The notes beneath the pieces are model-generated. The model had not been told where the DNA came from. It saw only the letters and a program-made list of their open reading frames with translations, and searched no databases. Source: the human T2T-CHM13v2.0 reference genome, Homo sapiens. From it: DNA of 64,000 bases. The position numbers and the translations under genes are program-made. The stretch is from NCBI RefSeq assembly GCF_009914755.1, contig NC_060944.1. The stretch is one strand, 5' to 3'. Below, piece after piece: positions 41,041 through 55,650 of the stretch (position 1 is its first letter; the number at the start of each line of letters is the position of its first letter).

Positions 41041-41351
41041 CAATTAAAGACAGTAGACATAAAGAATTGCAAAGCTCGAGGAGATTGATATATCTTAAAG
41101 AACCAGGACTCAGATACTCTTGGTTTTGATAACATACAGAATAATGGGTGTTAACTTTTTTATTAAGTTTCTAAGATCTCTGCCAAACTAATATATTCAT
41201 GCCTCTATTCAAGAGAAAAAAAAATTCCTGCCAGATAATTCTTACTTCTTGCTTTAAAAATAAAATTCTGCATACTTCTGTTTTTAGCACATTCCCTGTT
41301 CCTCTGAGGTAACTTTGTCTCTGCTTTGCTGAGATGCTTTCTGATCCCATT

Positions 41352-42439
41352 TGTGGTGTGTGCAGGGTATGGGGAATGGCCCCTAAACATGCCTTCCCTG
41401 AATTCCTCATTTGCTACTGACTTTCCTCTATCCCGAAAGGGTAGCCAAGGTGAAGGCCTCGTGGTTCTGAGGAGACGACAGCACCCAATCTGCACCAAGT
41501 TCTACTCAAAACACAGGCATGCTCATGTCATCAGAATATCGAAATGCAGACCAGGATGGAAGAGCTTTTGAAGAAGGAGTGTAAGATCGCATCCCCAACC
41601 TGAGTGAATTCACCCCCTCTCCATGTGAAGAGAGAGAGAAACTTCTGCACACTGTTAACCTAGATGTGAAAGAGGAATTTTCAGAGATGAAAAACCATTT
41701 CCAGGTTTTCACAGGGTCAAGTTGGTAAGGTGGGAATTTCTAGTTTTTCAGGAAAAATCTAGAGTAGTGGTCACAAAAGGTATGTTGTCCTCTCGATGCC
41801 TCAGGGTGAGAGGGAGGACACCTTCATCAGAGCTGAGAGAGGGACTCCCGTGGGGATGTGTCCATGGAGATTTCTAGATGGCACCCAGAGATCATCTGTG
41901 ATTGAGCCGGCACTCGATACTAGCAGCACAAGAACCCAGACCAGTGAAAGTATGAGCAGAAGAGGCCAGCCAAGAAGTGACCACAGGCCACACACTACCA
42001 CACCCACCATGGTCCAAGGGCCTGTGTCGGACTGAGGAGTGTCCTGCTCTTTCCCAATTCCACTTTGAAGCCCTCACACACAAAAACAGACATTTATCCC
42101 TCCCTGCCACTGCCAGATGACAGTTGCAAAATTAGAAATGGGACTCGGGGAAGAAGGCAGGGAGGTACCTGTGAGAAGCATGAGGGAGCCCTGAGATGCA
42201 CATTATGAGCTGCAGTGTAAAAGTATAATAATATATTAATTCCAGTGAAACTCCCAAGAGAGACTGTATTAAACCAGGAGTGACTGAAAACAAATTTGGT
42301 TACTAAATGAAATAAATAAGCTGTTGGTTCCAGGCAGATCGTAGGCCAAAGTGGAAAGCTGGTATTTGTTATGAGTAAAAGTGAGGGCAGCCTCCTAGGT
42401 ATACACCCCTGGTGGGTGGAGTTTGTCTCTCACTCCATC
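41352..42439 (+). mobile_element. Possible ancient Gypsy-type LTR (LTR81-like)
   Basis: ~1.1-kb G/A-rich block starting TGTGG; aagagagactgtattaaacc..gactga resembles the LTR81 3' half; highly diverged. Confidence 0.35.
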
Positions 42440-42454
42440 AGTTCCCCATTCTTT

Positions 42455-42772
<318 letters not shown>

Positions 42773-43989
42773 TGATAACGTACAGTCATATCAAAGAAGA
42801 AGTTCAAAGAAGAGTTCCTTTACATTTGGGCTGAAACCTACTCTTGGACCTTCACCTGGTAGCTCATTAGTGTTAACCTAAGAACTCTGTTTTTCACCTC
42901 AGCAGGCCTGTTACTCTGGTAAACGCCCCAGGACATGACTGCTCTGTCTGCCCTTCCATACCTCTAGACGCTGGCTTGGATTGTTCTTCACCCTGAATTG
43001 CCTGGTTCTAACTTTAATTCCATCTCAAATTGGATTTCCTCTCTTGCCTCTATACAATCTTCTCTACCATCCCTCGTGCTAGTAAAACTCTTCTTCCAGT
43101 TCTAACTAGTGTTGATAGGCCCATATGGTATTCTGGGCTTTGTCACTGAAAATCCTGAAATTCTTTGCTTCAGTCATTTGCAGTGATTCAGGTTTATGGA
43201 GCTTCTCATGTTACACATGGCTACTAGAGTGGTGTACCCATATGGGGTTCAATTTCCTAACTCCCTTCTCCCTGACTGCTAATGCTTTTCCTTCTGTTCA
43301 GGCTGGGCACTTCAGATCTCAAACACAATTTGTTAGTATCCATCTCCTTAGCTATGGTAGAACAGTGACTTCTCCAGGGATGTTTCTGAGTTCGAGACTA
43401 ATGTTCCATTTACCACATCTCAAGATCCTGTTCCTGTTTTGCGGAATAATCCCTGCTGCACTGTTTTTATTTTGTTTTTTTCAAGTTACCAGGCTTTGTG
43501 CTCTTTTTCCCTGTAGTTTTTCTCCCGTGTTTATCTATTGTTTCCTACGAATATATGCTGAGAGTCAGTAGGCCTAGTGTGCATAATTCAAATGTGGTTC
43601 GACAGCACAGGGACACAACAGACATGATTAGATCATTCATGTTTAGATCAGGAAGGATGGGGGAAAAATTTGATTTGGGGCTTGGGGAGCACAGTTAACG
43701 TTTTTCCAGGATAGCCAAGGAGGATTTATAGTAATTTTTAAAAATTGTGTCAGGCCAATAAAGTTTATGAACTAGATCCCGTCACAAAACTTAGATTGAA
43801 AACTCATCCAACAATGGCTAATAGCTGGAAAGAAAATGGTTGCCCTATGTTTCAAAACAAAAGTAGAGATTCAGTTGAACTGATAAATATGAATGTGTTT
43901 ATACAGACAGGTGAACATAAGTTTTCAGATTGGGGGAAAATGCAAAGTATACACATCCCATATATTCATGGCCAGAGAATTCTATCTTG

Positions 43990-44420
43990 TTCATCATTCA
44001 TTCATTTCATAAATAGTAGGTATAGGCATATCAACTACGTGCCAGGCACTGTGATAAGCCCTGGGGCTACAGAAATAGGAGACATGGCTTTTGGTCTCTT
44101 ACTAGGAAACAGAATAGCTTCAGGCTGTGTAGTGCAACCATGGTCTTCTGTGCTGGTTGTGTTAGGTAGGGAAGGTGGGGGTGGAGAGGAAGTTCAGGGA
44201 AGGCTTTCTGGAAATAATGATAGCTGACTGAATATTGAAGGGTGGGGACAGGGTTTTAGGAACAAAGAACAATTGATGCAGGCATGGAAAACAAGCATGG
44301 AACATACCACATATGGAACATGTGGGTATAGAAGGGAGGATGAGTGAAACAGGGCAGGTAGGATGGGCACAGATCGAGATGGGGGGTTTTTGATGTGTTA
44401 AGAGATTCAGATTAGTTCTC
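43990..44420 (-). mobile_element. L2 3' fragments
   Basis: tcattcattcatt..ctacgtgccaggcactgtgataagccctggggctacag..cagggaaggctttctgga. Confidence 0.7.
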
Positions 44421-44448
44421 TGATGTCTCTAGAAGGCCATCATTAGTC

Positions 44449-44474
44449 TTTTTTTTTTTTTTTTTTTTTTTTTT
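44449..44474. repeat. Poly(T)26
   Basis: Homopolymer. Confidence 0.95.
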
Positions 44475-45102
44475 GGTGGGGTTTATTTCAAATACTGAAA
44501 AAGTCCTTTGGGCTCTTGGGGCTCCCCACACTCATGGTTCCTTTCCCCACAACTCACTGCCCTCCTCCCAACAGAAAATCTATTTCGAGGACAGTATGCT
44601 TTTTAAATGAATAACTAACATTGTGTTCTCAGCTAACTGCAGAACCAGAGGAGCTGTTTGCATCTGTCTATGCAGATTGAGTTTCTTTAATCTCACACCA
44701 GGCCTCCAGCCACATGGAAACAAGGCAGTTATCTGCAAAGCTGAACTAGATCTCATCTCTAGTGGACTCCACTTCCCCCTCTCATATTTATCCCACACCA
44801 GCCTCATGGTTAAGAAGGACCGTCAGGAATGTTTTTATCAACTCCAAGCTCTAATTCATATTCCTCCAAGTCTCTCACCCCACACTCCCAACCCTACCCC
44901 CAAGATTTCATTGAGATTTCTCCCAACAGTTATTTGGAAAAAAGGTAAAACAAAACATGTTCAAGGTCTTGGTGCTTAGCCCAAGGGGCTCCATGTGCTG
45001 GGACACTGATGGGCAGGGGCTTCTGCCTCTCTAACCCATGCCCAAGCCACCTCCTGACCCCTGGCTGCAAAAGATGGGAGGGGCAGAAGCCATCACAGGA
45101 CT

Positions 45103-45788
45103 TGTAACTGCCCAATGGGCTCACCTTACCCGGTGCCTAGACAGAGCTGATTTATCAAGACAGGGGACTTGCAACAGAGAAAGAGTAAAATTCTCAGAGC
45201 CGGCTGTGCGGAGACAGGAGTTTTATTATTCAAATCAGTTTTGCCCAAGCATTCCAGGATCAGAGATTTTAAGGATAATTTGGCGGGTGGAGGAAGGCCA
45301 GTGAGTCAAGAGTGCTGATTGGTTGGCTGGAGATGAAACCATAGGGAACTGAAGCTGTCCTCTTGCACTGAGTCAGTCAGTTCCAGGGTGAGCCACAAGA
45401 TCACATGAGCCAGCTTATCAATCTGAGTGGTGCCAGCTGATCCATCAAGCAAACTATCTCAAGCACTGATCTTAGAAGAAGTTTAGGGAGGGTGAGAATC
45501 TTGTAGCCTCAGGCCGCATGACTCCTAAACCGTAATTTCTCATCTTGTGGCTAATCTGTTAGTCCTACAAAGGCATTCCAGTCCCTAAGCAAGAAGGAGG
45601 TTTGTTTTGGGAAAGGGCTGCTATCGTCTTTGTTTTAAACTATCAACTATAAACTACGTTCTTCCCAAAGTTGGTTCAGCCTACACCCAGTAATAAACAA
45701 AGACAGCTTGGAGGTTAGAGGCAAGATGGAGTTGGTTAAGTCAGATCTCTTTCATTGTCTCAGTTACAATTTTGCAATGGCGATTTCA
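45103..45788 (-). mobile_element. LTR8 (ERV1) solo LTR
   Basis: tgtaactgcccaatggg..cctagacagagctgatttatcaagacagggg..ttttgcaatggcgatttca; 4-bp TSD gact/gacc. Confidence 0.9.
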
Positions 45789-46364
45789 GACCCAGAGGAT
45801 CAGCATCTCAGGATCTGGCAGAGCCCCGGGCAGGATCATTCAGCTTGGCCACCCGCTGGCTTGCTGGTGATGAGTGAGGATTTTCTGGGCAGATCCTGTG
45901 TGGTGGGGATGTGGTTACCAGTCATCAGGTTCTTGTCTGGTTGTGCACTTGGCAGCTGCTTATTCTCCTATTTGGCTTTGGCCATGTTGTAGTCTCCTGA
46001 GGCAAAGTACTTTTTCCCTTTTCGGAGTCCCTTCATAAGGAAGCTGGGCCCCCAGGCCTTTGTCCTAGGCTTGGATATTTGGCCTTTAGCTTTTCCTTCT
46101 CCACTGTCTCAGGGAGAGTACATTCTTTCTCCCGCATGCCCTGCTTCTTCTTGCCTGTCTCCTCCACGGTGTTCTCGTTTAGTTTCTGGGACATTGTGGG
46201 ACTGGGACAATAGAGTATAGGAGGTCCAGGAAGTCAACCAACTGAGAGGTGGGGAGGGGAAACGGGACATCCTGCGATGCTGCTTTGGTCCCTGTCAATA
46301 GGGTTGCTCCTCATCAGTCATCTTAAGCAGGGCGTGGTCTAAACGAATCTTCATTCCAGATAGC

Positions 46365-46760
46365 TGAGGCAGAGGCAGGGAGGCTGGTAGGAGACTGCCG
46401 TTGTGATCTAAGCAGGAAATGATGAAATGATGGCAAGGCTGAATCCAAGCAGTTCTCCAGGACAGAAGGACACTCAGAAGATATGTGACTGCATGGAGAT
46501 GGGGGACAAGGCAGGGCAGTGCTTTGGATATGGCCCAGTTTCCAAGCTTGTGAAACTAAGTGGGTTATGTCCCATTCACTGAGTTAAGAAGGAACGAATG
46601 AGTGTGGGGTGGAAGAGAATGAAGTTTTTTCCTGAATGTGTTTGTGTTGGGGTTTGTTATAATGAGTCTCAGGGTCTGGGGCCATCAAAGAAGGGATGAT
46701 CATGTTGCTTCTGGAGCATAAGAGAGAAAAACCCAGGTTGGATATTTAGATCATTGGAGG
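46365..46760 (-). mobile_element. L2 fragment
   Basis: gaggcagggaggctggtaggagactg..cccagtttccaagcttg..ccattcactgag. Confidence 0.6.
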
Positions 46761-46789
46761 AAAAAAATAAAAGGGCAATTACAACATCT

Positions 46790-46950
46790 TGTTAGTTAAC
46801 CTCTCTTGCCCCTTGCCTCCTGGTCTGCAGACTGAATTGTAATGGCTCCTACCTCAGGCAGTAATAGGACAAACTGAGATAACAATATGTCAGCTATGAA
46901 GAACACACCTGTGCAATGTGCAATGACTGCTGCTTATTATTAATATTGTT
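46790..46950 (+). mobile_element. MIR fragment
   Basis: agttaacctctct..cctacctcagg..tgagataac. Confidence 0.55.
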
Positions 46951-48687
46951 ATTAATTTGTTGAAGGTGGAAGAAGCACTTAGACTATTCATGTAATTTAT
47001 TTCTAAATTTAAATTTAAATGACAGTTCCTAGAGCTACTTACAGAGACTCCAGAGAGAACCCACCTTCTCAGAGGTTCCCCTGTCATCACCCAACCAAGT
47101 GGACAAAAAGCTGTTAGAGTCACCAAGCTGTTTTTTTGTTTGTTTGTTTGTTTGTTTACATCATTGCCGGTTAGATGGCATCTTTAATGTCAGGGCAGAC
47201 TCACACATAACTAAGGCAGTGCTATAAGGAGTAGAAATAATAACTGAAAATGTGTTATCAAGCAGTAGATGAGTCTCAGGATTCTGGGAACATATGGTTG
47301 GTATTGGTTTGACTTTAGAGAAGGTCACAGAAAAAAAGTTTTGTGGACTCCCCGGTGATAACTGGGGGCCTGGGGGAGAGAGGCAGTGAACATCATCTGG
47401 CCCAGAAGGGAATGTTCTGGGTCACAGGCAGTTCCTGAGGATACTTGGGGATGTCACTTTGTTCATGCTGTTCTAAAAGTCAAGGTGGATGTTGGGCTGA
47501 ACTTTTAGGCTGCATTCACGTGATTGGGGTAGAACATTTTAACACATTGCCGTTTGCTCTCATTGAGTCATGTGCATTTGTTCATTCTTAGTCTCTTCTC
47601 TCTATTTCAAATTATTTCTTCCCACCTGTTTGGAACAACATCAGCATTGCATATTGGCCTCAAATGAGTTAAGATTCCTAAGTTCCTAACTAGCCATAGC
47701 ACAAGGTTTTTCAGCTTGACTGGTCTCAAGGCTTTTCTCAGAATCCATCGATTCTTCCAGAAAACTTTGCTCAGGACATGCAGATTGCAATAATTTGTTT
47801 TCCCCAAAATGTATTAAGAATTATTTATTTAAAAATATAAAAACTTCCTCTAAACAGTTTGAGAATCTCATTGCTGAAAATATATAAAATGGGTACACAA
47901 TTAATTTCTCTCCAGATGTGATACTATAACTAGTAACTTATTTAAAGTTGAAAGAGAATAATTTGCATCTGGAGGAAGGTGTTGTAAATGCAAGTTCTGG
48001 TCCTTTCATGTTCCTGATGTCTTTGGAATTTGTCTTTGTCTTTAAAGTAGTGCTGTTTTGGACTCAGCTCCAATACAGATGACTTCCACGCTCCCCTTGG
48101 ACTGATTAAGTGAAAATGAGAGAATGAAATAATATTATCCAGGAGATTCACATACCCCACCAAGCCACGCAGAATGTACTTTTAATACATAGGGGTAGTT
48201 TAGACACCTCAAGTCTGTATGGATACCTCAGGGTTTAATTGGGTTTTGTGGTGATGCCCCAAGAGCTTCATGCCATTTTTAGATATATTTGTTCAAAAAC
48301 AGATCAATAATTGATTTAGATGTGGGAGGTAAAGATAGATGCGCACTAACTGTGGATGGGCTCTGCAGTGAGAAGGCAATGCTGGGGCTGCTAATGGTGG
48401 CTCAGGTGGATGCACACTGAAGGGGAAGGACCAGGGGATGGGGCGAGGCATTGCTGTCATTCGTCTTGAACGGAACAGTTGTTTCATTCTGAAAGTGCTT
48501 GAGAATATACTCTTTGGTGCTTTGAGTTTGGCTAATGGTTCATAGTCTCATTGTTCTGATGAAATGACTTCAAACTCATTGTTGTCATTATTGAGAAACA
48601 AGTTCTCTCCAAATAAGTTTGAGGAGACATTCTCCAAGGAAACAATCTCTTAAATGTGAGATATTTGTGAACTTTTTCCATAAAATA

Positions 48688-49355
48688 CAGCAGTGCCCCC
48701 TTATTTGTGGTTTTTCTTTTCACAGTTTCAGTTGCCTGAAGTCAACTTGAGTCCAAAAAATGGCATTACTACTCTTGCACTTTGGAGCCATGGTGAGGTA
48801 AAATACGGGTGACTTGAACACAAGCACCATGATACCATGGCAGTGGCTCTGATAACCAAGACAGCTCCTGAATGACTAACAGGGCTGGTAGCGTCTACAG
48901 TGTGGATACACTGGACACAGGGACGATTCACATCTCGGGGAGCAGGATGGCATGAGATTTCATCACACTACTCAGAACAGTGTGCAATTTAAAGCTTATG
49001 ACATGTTTATTTCTGGAGTTTCCCATTTATTTCACAAGGCCTACGTCATCCACCTCACTTCATCTCCTCACGTTGGCACATCACAGGAAAAAGGGTGAGC
49101 ACAGTACAATAAGGTATTTTGAGAGAGAGAGACCACATTCACATAACTTTTCTTACGGTGTATTGTTATAATTGTTCTATTTTATTATTAATTGTTGTTA
49201 ATCTCTTACTGTGCCTAATTTATATAAATTAAACTTTATCTTAGGTATGTATGTATGGGAATAAGCATGGTGTATGAAGAGTTCAGTACTATCCTTAGTT
49301 TCAGATATCCACTGGGGATCTTGGAACATATCCTTCACAGATAAAGGAACTACTG
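48688..49355. mobile_element. MER44 (Tigger7-derived TcMar) non-autonomous DNA transposon
   Basis: TIRs cagcagtgcccccttat / gataaaggaactactg; TA TSD on both sides; characteristic internal sequence. Confidence 0.88.
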
Positions 49356-50029
49356 TAGTGATATCAATGCGTTAATTCTGGAAAAATATTACATTTCAGT
49401 CTTGGTGTCAAATTCTAGCAAAGAATAATTTTTAGGACTATGAGTAAACCAAGGACCAACAATGAAGTAGATTCCATGTCACTAGGAATAGAAGTTTTGG
49501 GGATGTGTGTTCATGTTTTCATATGACTTGCACCTGTCTGGAAACAAAACTGTTTCTAATTATTTTTAAATAACTAGAGTTCAATCTAATGTAAACTATA
49601 TACAAAAGCCAGATAGCAATCACTAACTTTGTTACATCATAGGCATAGATAATTTTAATGAAACATATCCACCAAGTATGTCCAATTTCTCTGATGACAG
49701 TGCTAACTTACATGCGCATCAAACATTTGATAAATGAATATGTTAATGACTGTAATGTCTTTTCTGGGAATGCCTTTGTTGGGGCTCAACACATTGTTAA
49801 GGAGAAGAAAGCAGATGACTGAGAGGAGGTTTGTAAAGTGGGGATGGGGAGAGTAGCTGGAAGCCATGAACAAATTCATTCTCAGAGGCACAGATCCCCC
49901 TACATGAGCTAGGACCTATGCTAGGAGCTAGATTCACAGATATGGGGACGCTATGGGCTTTGCCATTCCCAAGCTTCTTGTCCAGTAAAACCACAACTCA
50001 GAAATCTTGCTTAACTAAGTTTAGCAAGT

Positions 50030-50036
50030 TATCTGC

Positions 50037-50073
<37 letters not shown>

Positions 50074-50157
50074 GATGTGTCTATGTATCTATGTATCTAT
50101 CATCTATCTGCCTATCTATCTATGTGTCTATCTATCATCTATCTACTGTCTATCTCT
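50030..50157. repeat. Compound (CTAT)n tetranucleotide STR
   Basis: (CTAT)9 core at 50037-50072 plus degenerate units. Confidence 0.95.
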
Positions 50158-50230
50158 AGATAAATATATAGATATATACACATAATGTGTAGTATTCAAT
50201 AGTACTATGTGAAAATTATGTTAAAGGAGA

Positions 50231-50787
50231 TGTATTAGTCAGGGTTCTCTAGAGGGACAAAACTAATGGATACATATCTATATATGAAGGGGAGATTATT
50301 AAGGATAATTGACTCACTCGATCACAAAGTGAAGTCCCACAATAGGCGGTCTGGAAGCTGAGGAACAAGGAAGCCAGGAGTGGATCAGTCTGAGTCTCAA
50401 AACCTCAAAAGTAGGGAAGCCAACAGTGCAGCCTTCAGTCTATGGCCAAAGGCTCGAGAGCCCCTGGCAAACCACTGGTATAAGTCCAAGGGTCCAACAG
50501 CCAAAGAACTTGGAGTCTGATGTTTGAGGGCAGGAAGCATGCAGCAGAGGAGAAAGGTGAGTGCCAGAAGACTCAGCAAGCCTGCTCATTCCACTTTCTG
50601 CCTGCCTTTTCTAGCCATGCTGGCAGGCAATTGGATGGTGCCCACCCACATTGAAGGTGGGTCTTCCCCTCCCAGTCCACTGACTCAAATGTTAAACTCC
50701 TCTAGCAACACCCTCACAGACACACCCAGAAATAATACTTTGCATCCTTTAATCCAATCAAGTTGACACTTAATATTAACCATCACA
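50231..50787 (-). mobile_element. MLT2A2 (HERV-L) solo LTR
   Basis: tgtattagtcagggttctctagaggga..aatccaatcaagttgacac..attaaccatcaca; perfect 5-bp TSD GGAGA at 50226-50230 and 50788-50792. Confidence 0.92.
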
Positions 50788-50892
50788 GGAGATAAATCCC
50801 TGGACTTCAAGAGAACCTATTGTCACCAATCATTTTAGGCATCATTTCATATGGTGAGTAGAACTGTGCTATATATTATATTATGTGCAGAC

Positions 50893-51126
50893 CGGGGTTA
50901 GAAAGCTATGGCCCACAGACTGAATTAGGCCCACTGACTGTTTTTATAAGTAAAGTTTTATTGAAACACAGCCATGCCCATTTTTAAAATATAATGTCTC
51001 CAGCCGCTTTCTGACAAATAGTGGCAAACAATGACAGAGTTGAGTTGTTACGGTGGAAACAACATTCTCCAAAGCCTACAACATTTTCTCTCTGGCCCTT
51101 TACAGAAAAAGTTTGCTGATTTCTGG
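50893..51126. mobile_element. MER58A (hAT-Charlie)
   Basis: ctatggcccacag..taaagttttattgaaacacagccatgccc..tctggccctttacagaaaaagtttgctga. Confidence 0.88.
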
Positions 51127-51959
51127 TATAGGACAATATTATATAATATGCTTTCATTTTAAACATTGGGCACCACTGGTTAAGTCTTATTTTCTTCCAA
51201 ACATAACAACTATATGAAATCTAACCCTACAGAGCCCAGGAGCCTACACACCACTATTTAGTTCTTACACCTCATTGATATAAGTAATTTTTAATATCTT
51301 GTTATTATTTCTAGAAGTCTTTTTGGTATGGTTCTTTCCATATCTAGCAGTTTGTGATTTTTTTACTTTAACTGCAATATGTAGCAGTTTGTGAGGGATA
51401 AAATAAAACCCCCTTTTCCTTCTGTTTAAATATATGGAATGTCAGCAAAAGCCTCCTGTTAGCAGTAGCTGAATCTAAGAAATGAACCTTTTATACATTG
51501 GCTTACACTATTTTGTCCAAAGCCAAAAATGGATAATGAAGGAGGAAAATGACAAATGTTCTTTCCTAAAGAGAAGCATCCAAGTGTAGAGAAGACCACA
51601 AGTGACTATAAAACGAGGAAGCCCCGTAGCTAAGGGATTCACAGGTAAGCCCAGGACATGTGGACTGTGGAAGGCCATTAATGTGACATGCTCTGTGGTA
51701 TTCAGATACCTTGCTGCATGCTGGGTTCGGCTCTAGGGAATTAAGAAAAGAGGAAGATGGATATGGAAAGGTCAATGGCAATGGGTAAAGACATGGAAAA
51801 CTATTTCTATAACCGTAAAGGAGACTGAGTTAATTTATCTTGAAAAATAAAAAAGGTAAGAAATGGCTTGCCGTAATTTTTCTACCATTTATATCCATTA
51901 TGATACAAAAAGTAAACACTTGCTGGTTGATTGATTAAAACATATGTAAGATAGAGAGT

Positions 51960-52490
51960 GGCTTAGTAAAAGGTATTTTAGTTGCAAAGACAGAAATACA
52001 AGAACTAGTAAGTCTAACAATGTATCTTTATGACTCTTGAACTCCAACAAAGACTTTAACAGCAAGGAGTTAGAAAACTTAGGCTGCACATGGGTCTTGG
52101 GAATGATTGGAACAACGTTCCTAGATTCTGTCTGGATTCTCTTTCCAGCAATACATGCAAACTTTCTTCTCTCTCCTTTCAGTCTGCCCCTCTCCTTACC
52201 GCTTTGAGCATGGCAGATGATAGCTTTTGAAATTTGTATCAGTTATCCTTGGCCACAAAAAAAAAAAAAAAAAAAAAAAAAAAGACATATCTCAAACTCT
52301 TTTTATGATCCCAGGGAACAGAAAATCCTGGGGAAAAGATGCCCAACTTGGGTCAGGCATCTGCTCTTGGGCGAGTCACCTTAGTCCAGTGAGTGAGGCC
52401 GTGTGGTGATAGTGATAATATGCTGCACCTGCATTAACCATACAGATGAAGGAAGGAAAACTTAATAGCCAAGGGAAAATTGGCAGAAAT
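51960..52490 (-). mobile_element. Ancient MLT1 (K/L-like) LTR containing a poly(A)27 at 52257-52283
   Basis: agttgcaaagacagaaa..cccaacttgggtcaggcatctgctcttgg..agtcacc. Confidence 0.6.
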
Positions 52491-52559
52491 TTCTAAGTGA
52501 ACACTGCATTATTTCTTTTTGGAAGAAATCTTCACTGGAAAAAATCCAGAAGAAATAGC

Positions 52560-52715
52560 TCAGTCTGCAACATGAAGGATTTAGGTTAGAAAAAAATGAG
52601 ATTATTCTGACATTAGAGCTTATTACACACTGGGATATGTTACTGAAAGAAGCAGTAAAATGTCTTTTCTTAGAGGTTTTTAAAAATAGAATTCATTTCT
52701 CATCAGTTGAGATGC
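52560..52715 (+). mobile_element. L3/CR1 or MIR3 3' fragment
   Basis: gaaggatttaggttaga..acactggga..ttactgaaagaag..agaggtttttaaaaataga. Confidence 0.65.
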
Positions 52716-52827
52716 AAATAGTTTTCAAAATGGATTAGACACACAGAAATTTTGTTTGACGTGCAAACTCTTGACAAGGTCCTGCCTCTTTTTGCCAGTA
52801 AATTCAGCTCATTCTAGCCTTTTGGTA

Positions 52828-53680
<853 letters not shown>

Positions 53681-53683
53681 TAA

Positions 53684-54330
53684 TGTGACCACCCAACAAG
53701 TTCTTCCTGCCCCACTGCACAAATAAAGACCACAGCATTGCGGTAAAGAAAGAGTTTAATTGACGTGAGGCTGGCCATGCCATACAGGAGACCAAGTTAC
53801 TACTCATATCAATCTCCTGGAAGACTTGTAGGTTAGGGGTTTTTCAAAGGCAGTTTGGGGAAGGGGGTGGGTGTGGCTAAAATGGATGCTTGCTGCTGAT
53901 TGGCTGGGGCAGAGATGAAATCATAGTGGGTTGAAGCTGTCCTCTTGAGCTGACTAACTTCTGGGTGGGGCAACAGAAGCAAGAGCAAGGTTGGTGGGGG
54001 CCAGGTGGAGTCATGGGTATCAGACCTGCAAAAAACCTGGGAAAATGTCTCAAAAGGCCAGTCTACAATAGTGATGTTATCTGTAGGACAGATCTTGTGA
54101 CCAGTCTATGCCTTAGCAGAATTCCTGCCCTTCTCCTAGCCTGATGGCCTTTCATTAGCTTTACAAAGGTGATTGAATTTTGGGGAAAGCCTATTATCAT
54201 GTAAACTATAAACTAAAGTTAGCTTAGCCTAAGACCAGGAATGATTAAGGGAAAGGCAAGATGGGGGGTTAAATCAGACTTGCACTGCCATAATTTTCTC
54301 ACTGTTATAATTCTTGCAAAGTCAGTTTTA
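53684..54330 (-). mobile_element. LTR8B (ERV1) solo LTR
   Basis: gttcttcctgcccactgcac..gaccacagcattgc..tctcaaaaggcca..ctacaatagtgatgttatc..ataattttctcactgttataatt; TSD gtaa/gtac. Confidence 0.85.
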
Positions 54331-54589
54331 GTACCTCTGTGAGACATGTCATGCCAAGGAAAGAGCAGAAGTTGGGAAGAAGAATTTGAAGGTCATTGCA
54401 GAAACTTATCCTGAGTCATTTAACTAGGTGGTGGTAGCAGAAATGGAAAGAAGAAACTATATGGGAGGGAGATGGTAGGGAAATAACCTACAGGGCTGAT
54501 GGATTAATGGGTTTTATGTATTGTGTACTTTCAAAACACTAAGCATTAATCAAAAAATAGAATTCTTTAATTTCCTAATTCCTTAAATA

Positions 54590-54785
54590 CTAGACCTTTA
54601 TTTACATATACATTTAAGCCTCATATCAACCAAATAAATAGGTCAGCCTTTATCCCCATTTTCATATAAGCAAACAGATTTAGAGCTCTTGAATAATTAG
54701 CTGAGGCCATATTGCTAGCAATCTGCTAAGTGGGACTCTGAACCCAGGATGTCTGGCTCTATTGCTCATGTTCTTAACTACACGC
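54590..54785 (-). mobile_element. MIR SINE
   Basis: catttaagcctcat..tatccccattttcatataag..tgaacccagg..tgttcttaactac. Confidence 0.8.
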
Positions 54786-54866
54786 AGCTCTTCTCTAATT
54801 GAAGTATAGAGGGAAAAGGATGAGTGTGAGAAAACAAGGAAGTTTCAACCCTGGTGGATTGAGAGG

Positions 54867-55185
54867 TGTTCCAGTTATGCATTGGTACATAATAGACTAC
54901 CCAAGACCTAGTGGCTTAATACAACAACCATTTTGTTGCAGTCCGTGATTTTGTCTATTAGAAACTTGGACAGGCTTGGCTGGAGAAGTCTATTATACAA
55001 CACATGGACAAAGGACACTCAGTGCCATTCAGCTGGCAGATGGGCTAGTCTAGAAGGAGCAAGATAGCTTCATTCCCAGGTCTGGCACCTTGGTGGGGAT
55101 GACTGAAAGTCTGGGTTCAGCTGGAATGAAAACCAGAGCCCTGCATGTGGCATCTTCAGCAACTGGGTCTCAGGCAGTCAGTGGA
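54867..55185 (-). mobile_element. MLT1H-like MaLR LTR fragment
   Basis: tgttccagttat..ctacccaagacctagtggcttaatacaacaacc..cattcagctggcagatgggct. Confidence 0.8.
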
Positions 55186-55650
55186 TTATTTTTGCCTGTT
55201 TTGGGACTTTATGTAAATGAAATCATATGGTGTGTATTGGTTTCTTTGACTCAATATTATGGTTGTGAAAGTCATCCATGTTGTTACATGCAGTTGTACT
55301 TCATTTTCATTGCAGTATTCTATCACATTATGTAAATATACTACATTTTAATTATTCATTCTACTACTAATGGACATTTGGGTCATTCCCAGTTTGAGCT
55401 TTAATGAATAGGGCTGGTATGAATACTCTTGTATTCATACTCTTGTATATTGGGTGAAATATATTCGCATTTCTGTGGAGTTATATTCCTAGCAGTAGAA
55501 TTGCTGAGTTGCAGGATATGCTTCTGTTAGCTTTAACTATTTTCTATACTGTTTTTACAAATTTGCACTCTTGCCAGCAGTGTATGAGAATTTCAGTTGT
55601 TCCACATCCACTGTTAATATCAGACCTTGTTAATTTTAGCCATTTTAGCT
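55186..55650 (-). mobile_element. L1ME/MD 3' fragment
   Basis: tttatgtaaatgaaatcata..catccatgttgt..tggacatttgggtcattcccagttt..ccagcagtgtatgagaatttcagttgttccacatcc. Confidence 0.85.

Noticed and set aside
43745-44227. 160-aa plus-strand ORF
   Set aside because: Non-ATG start, runs through antisense L2, and has no recognisable domain.
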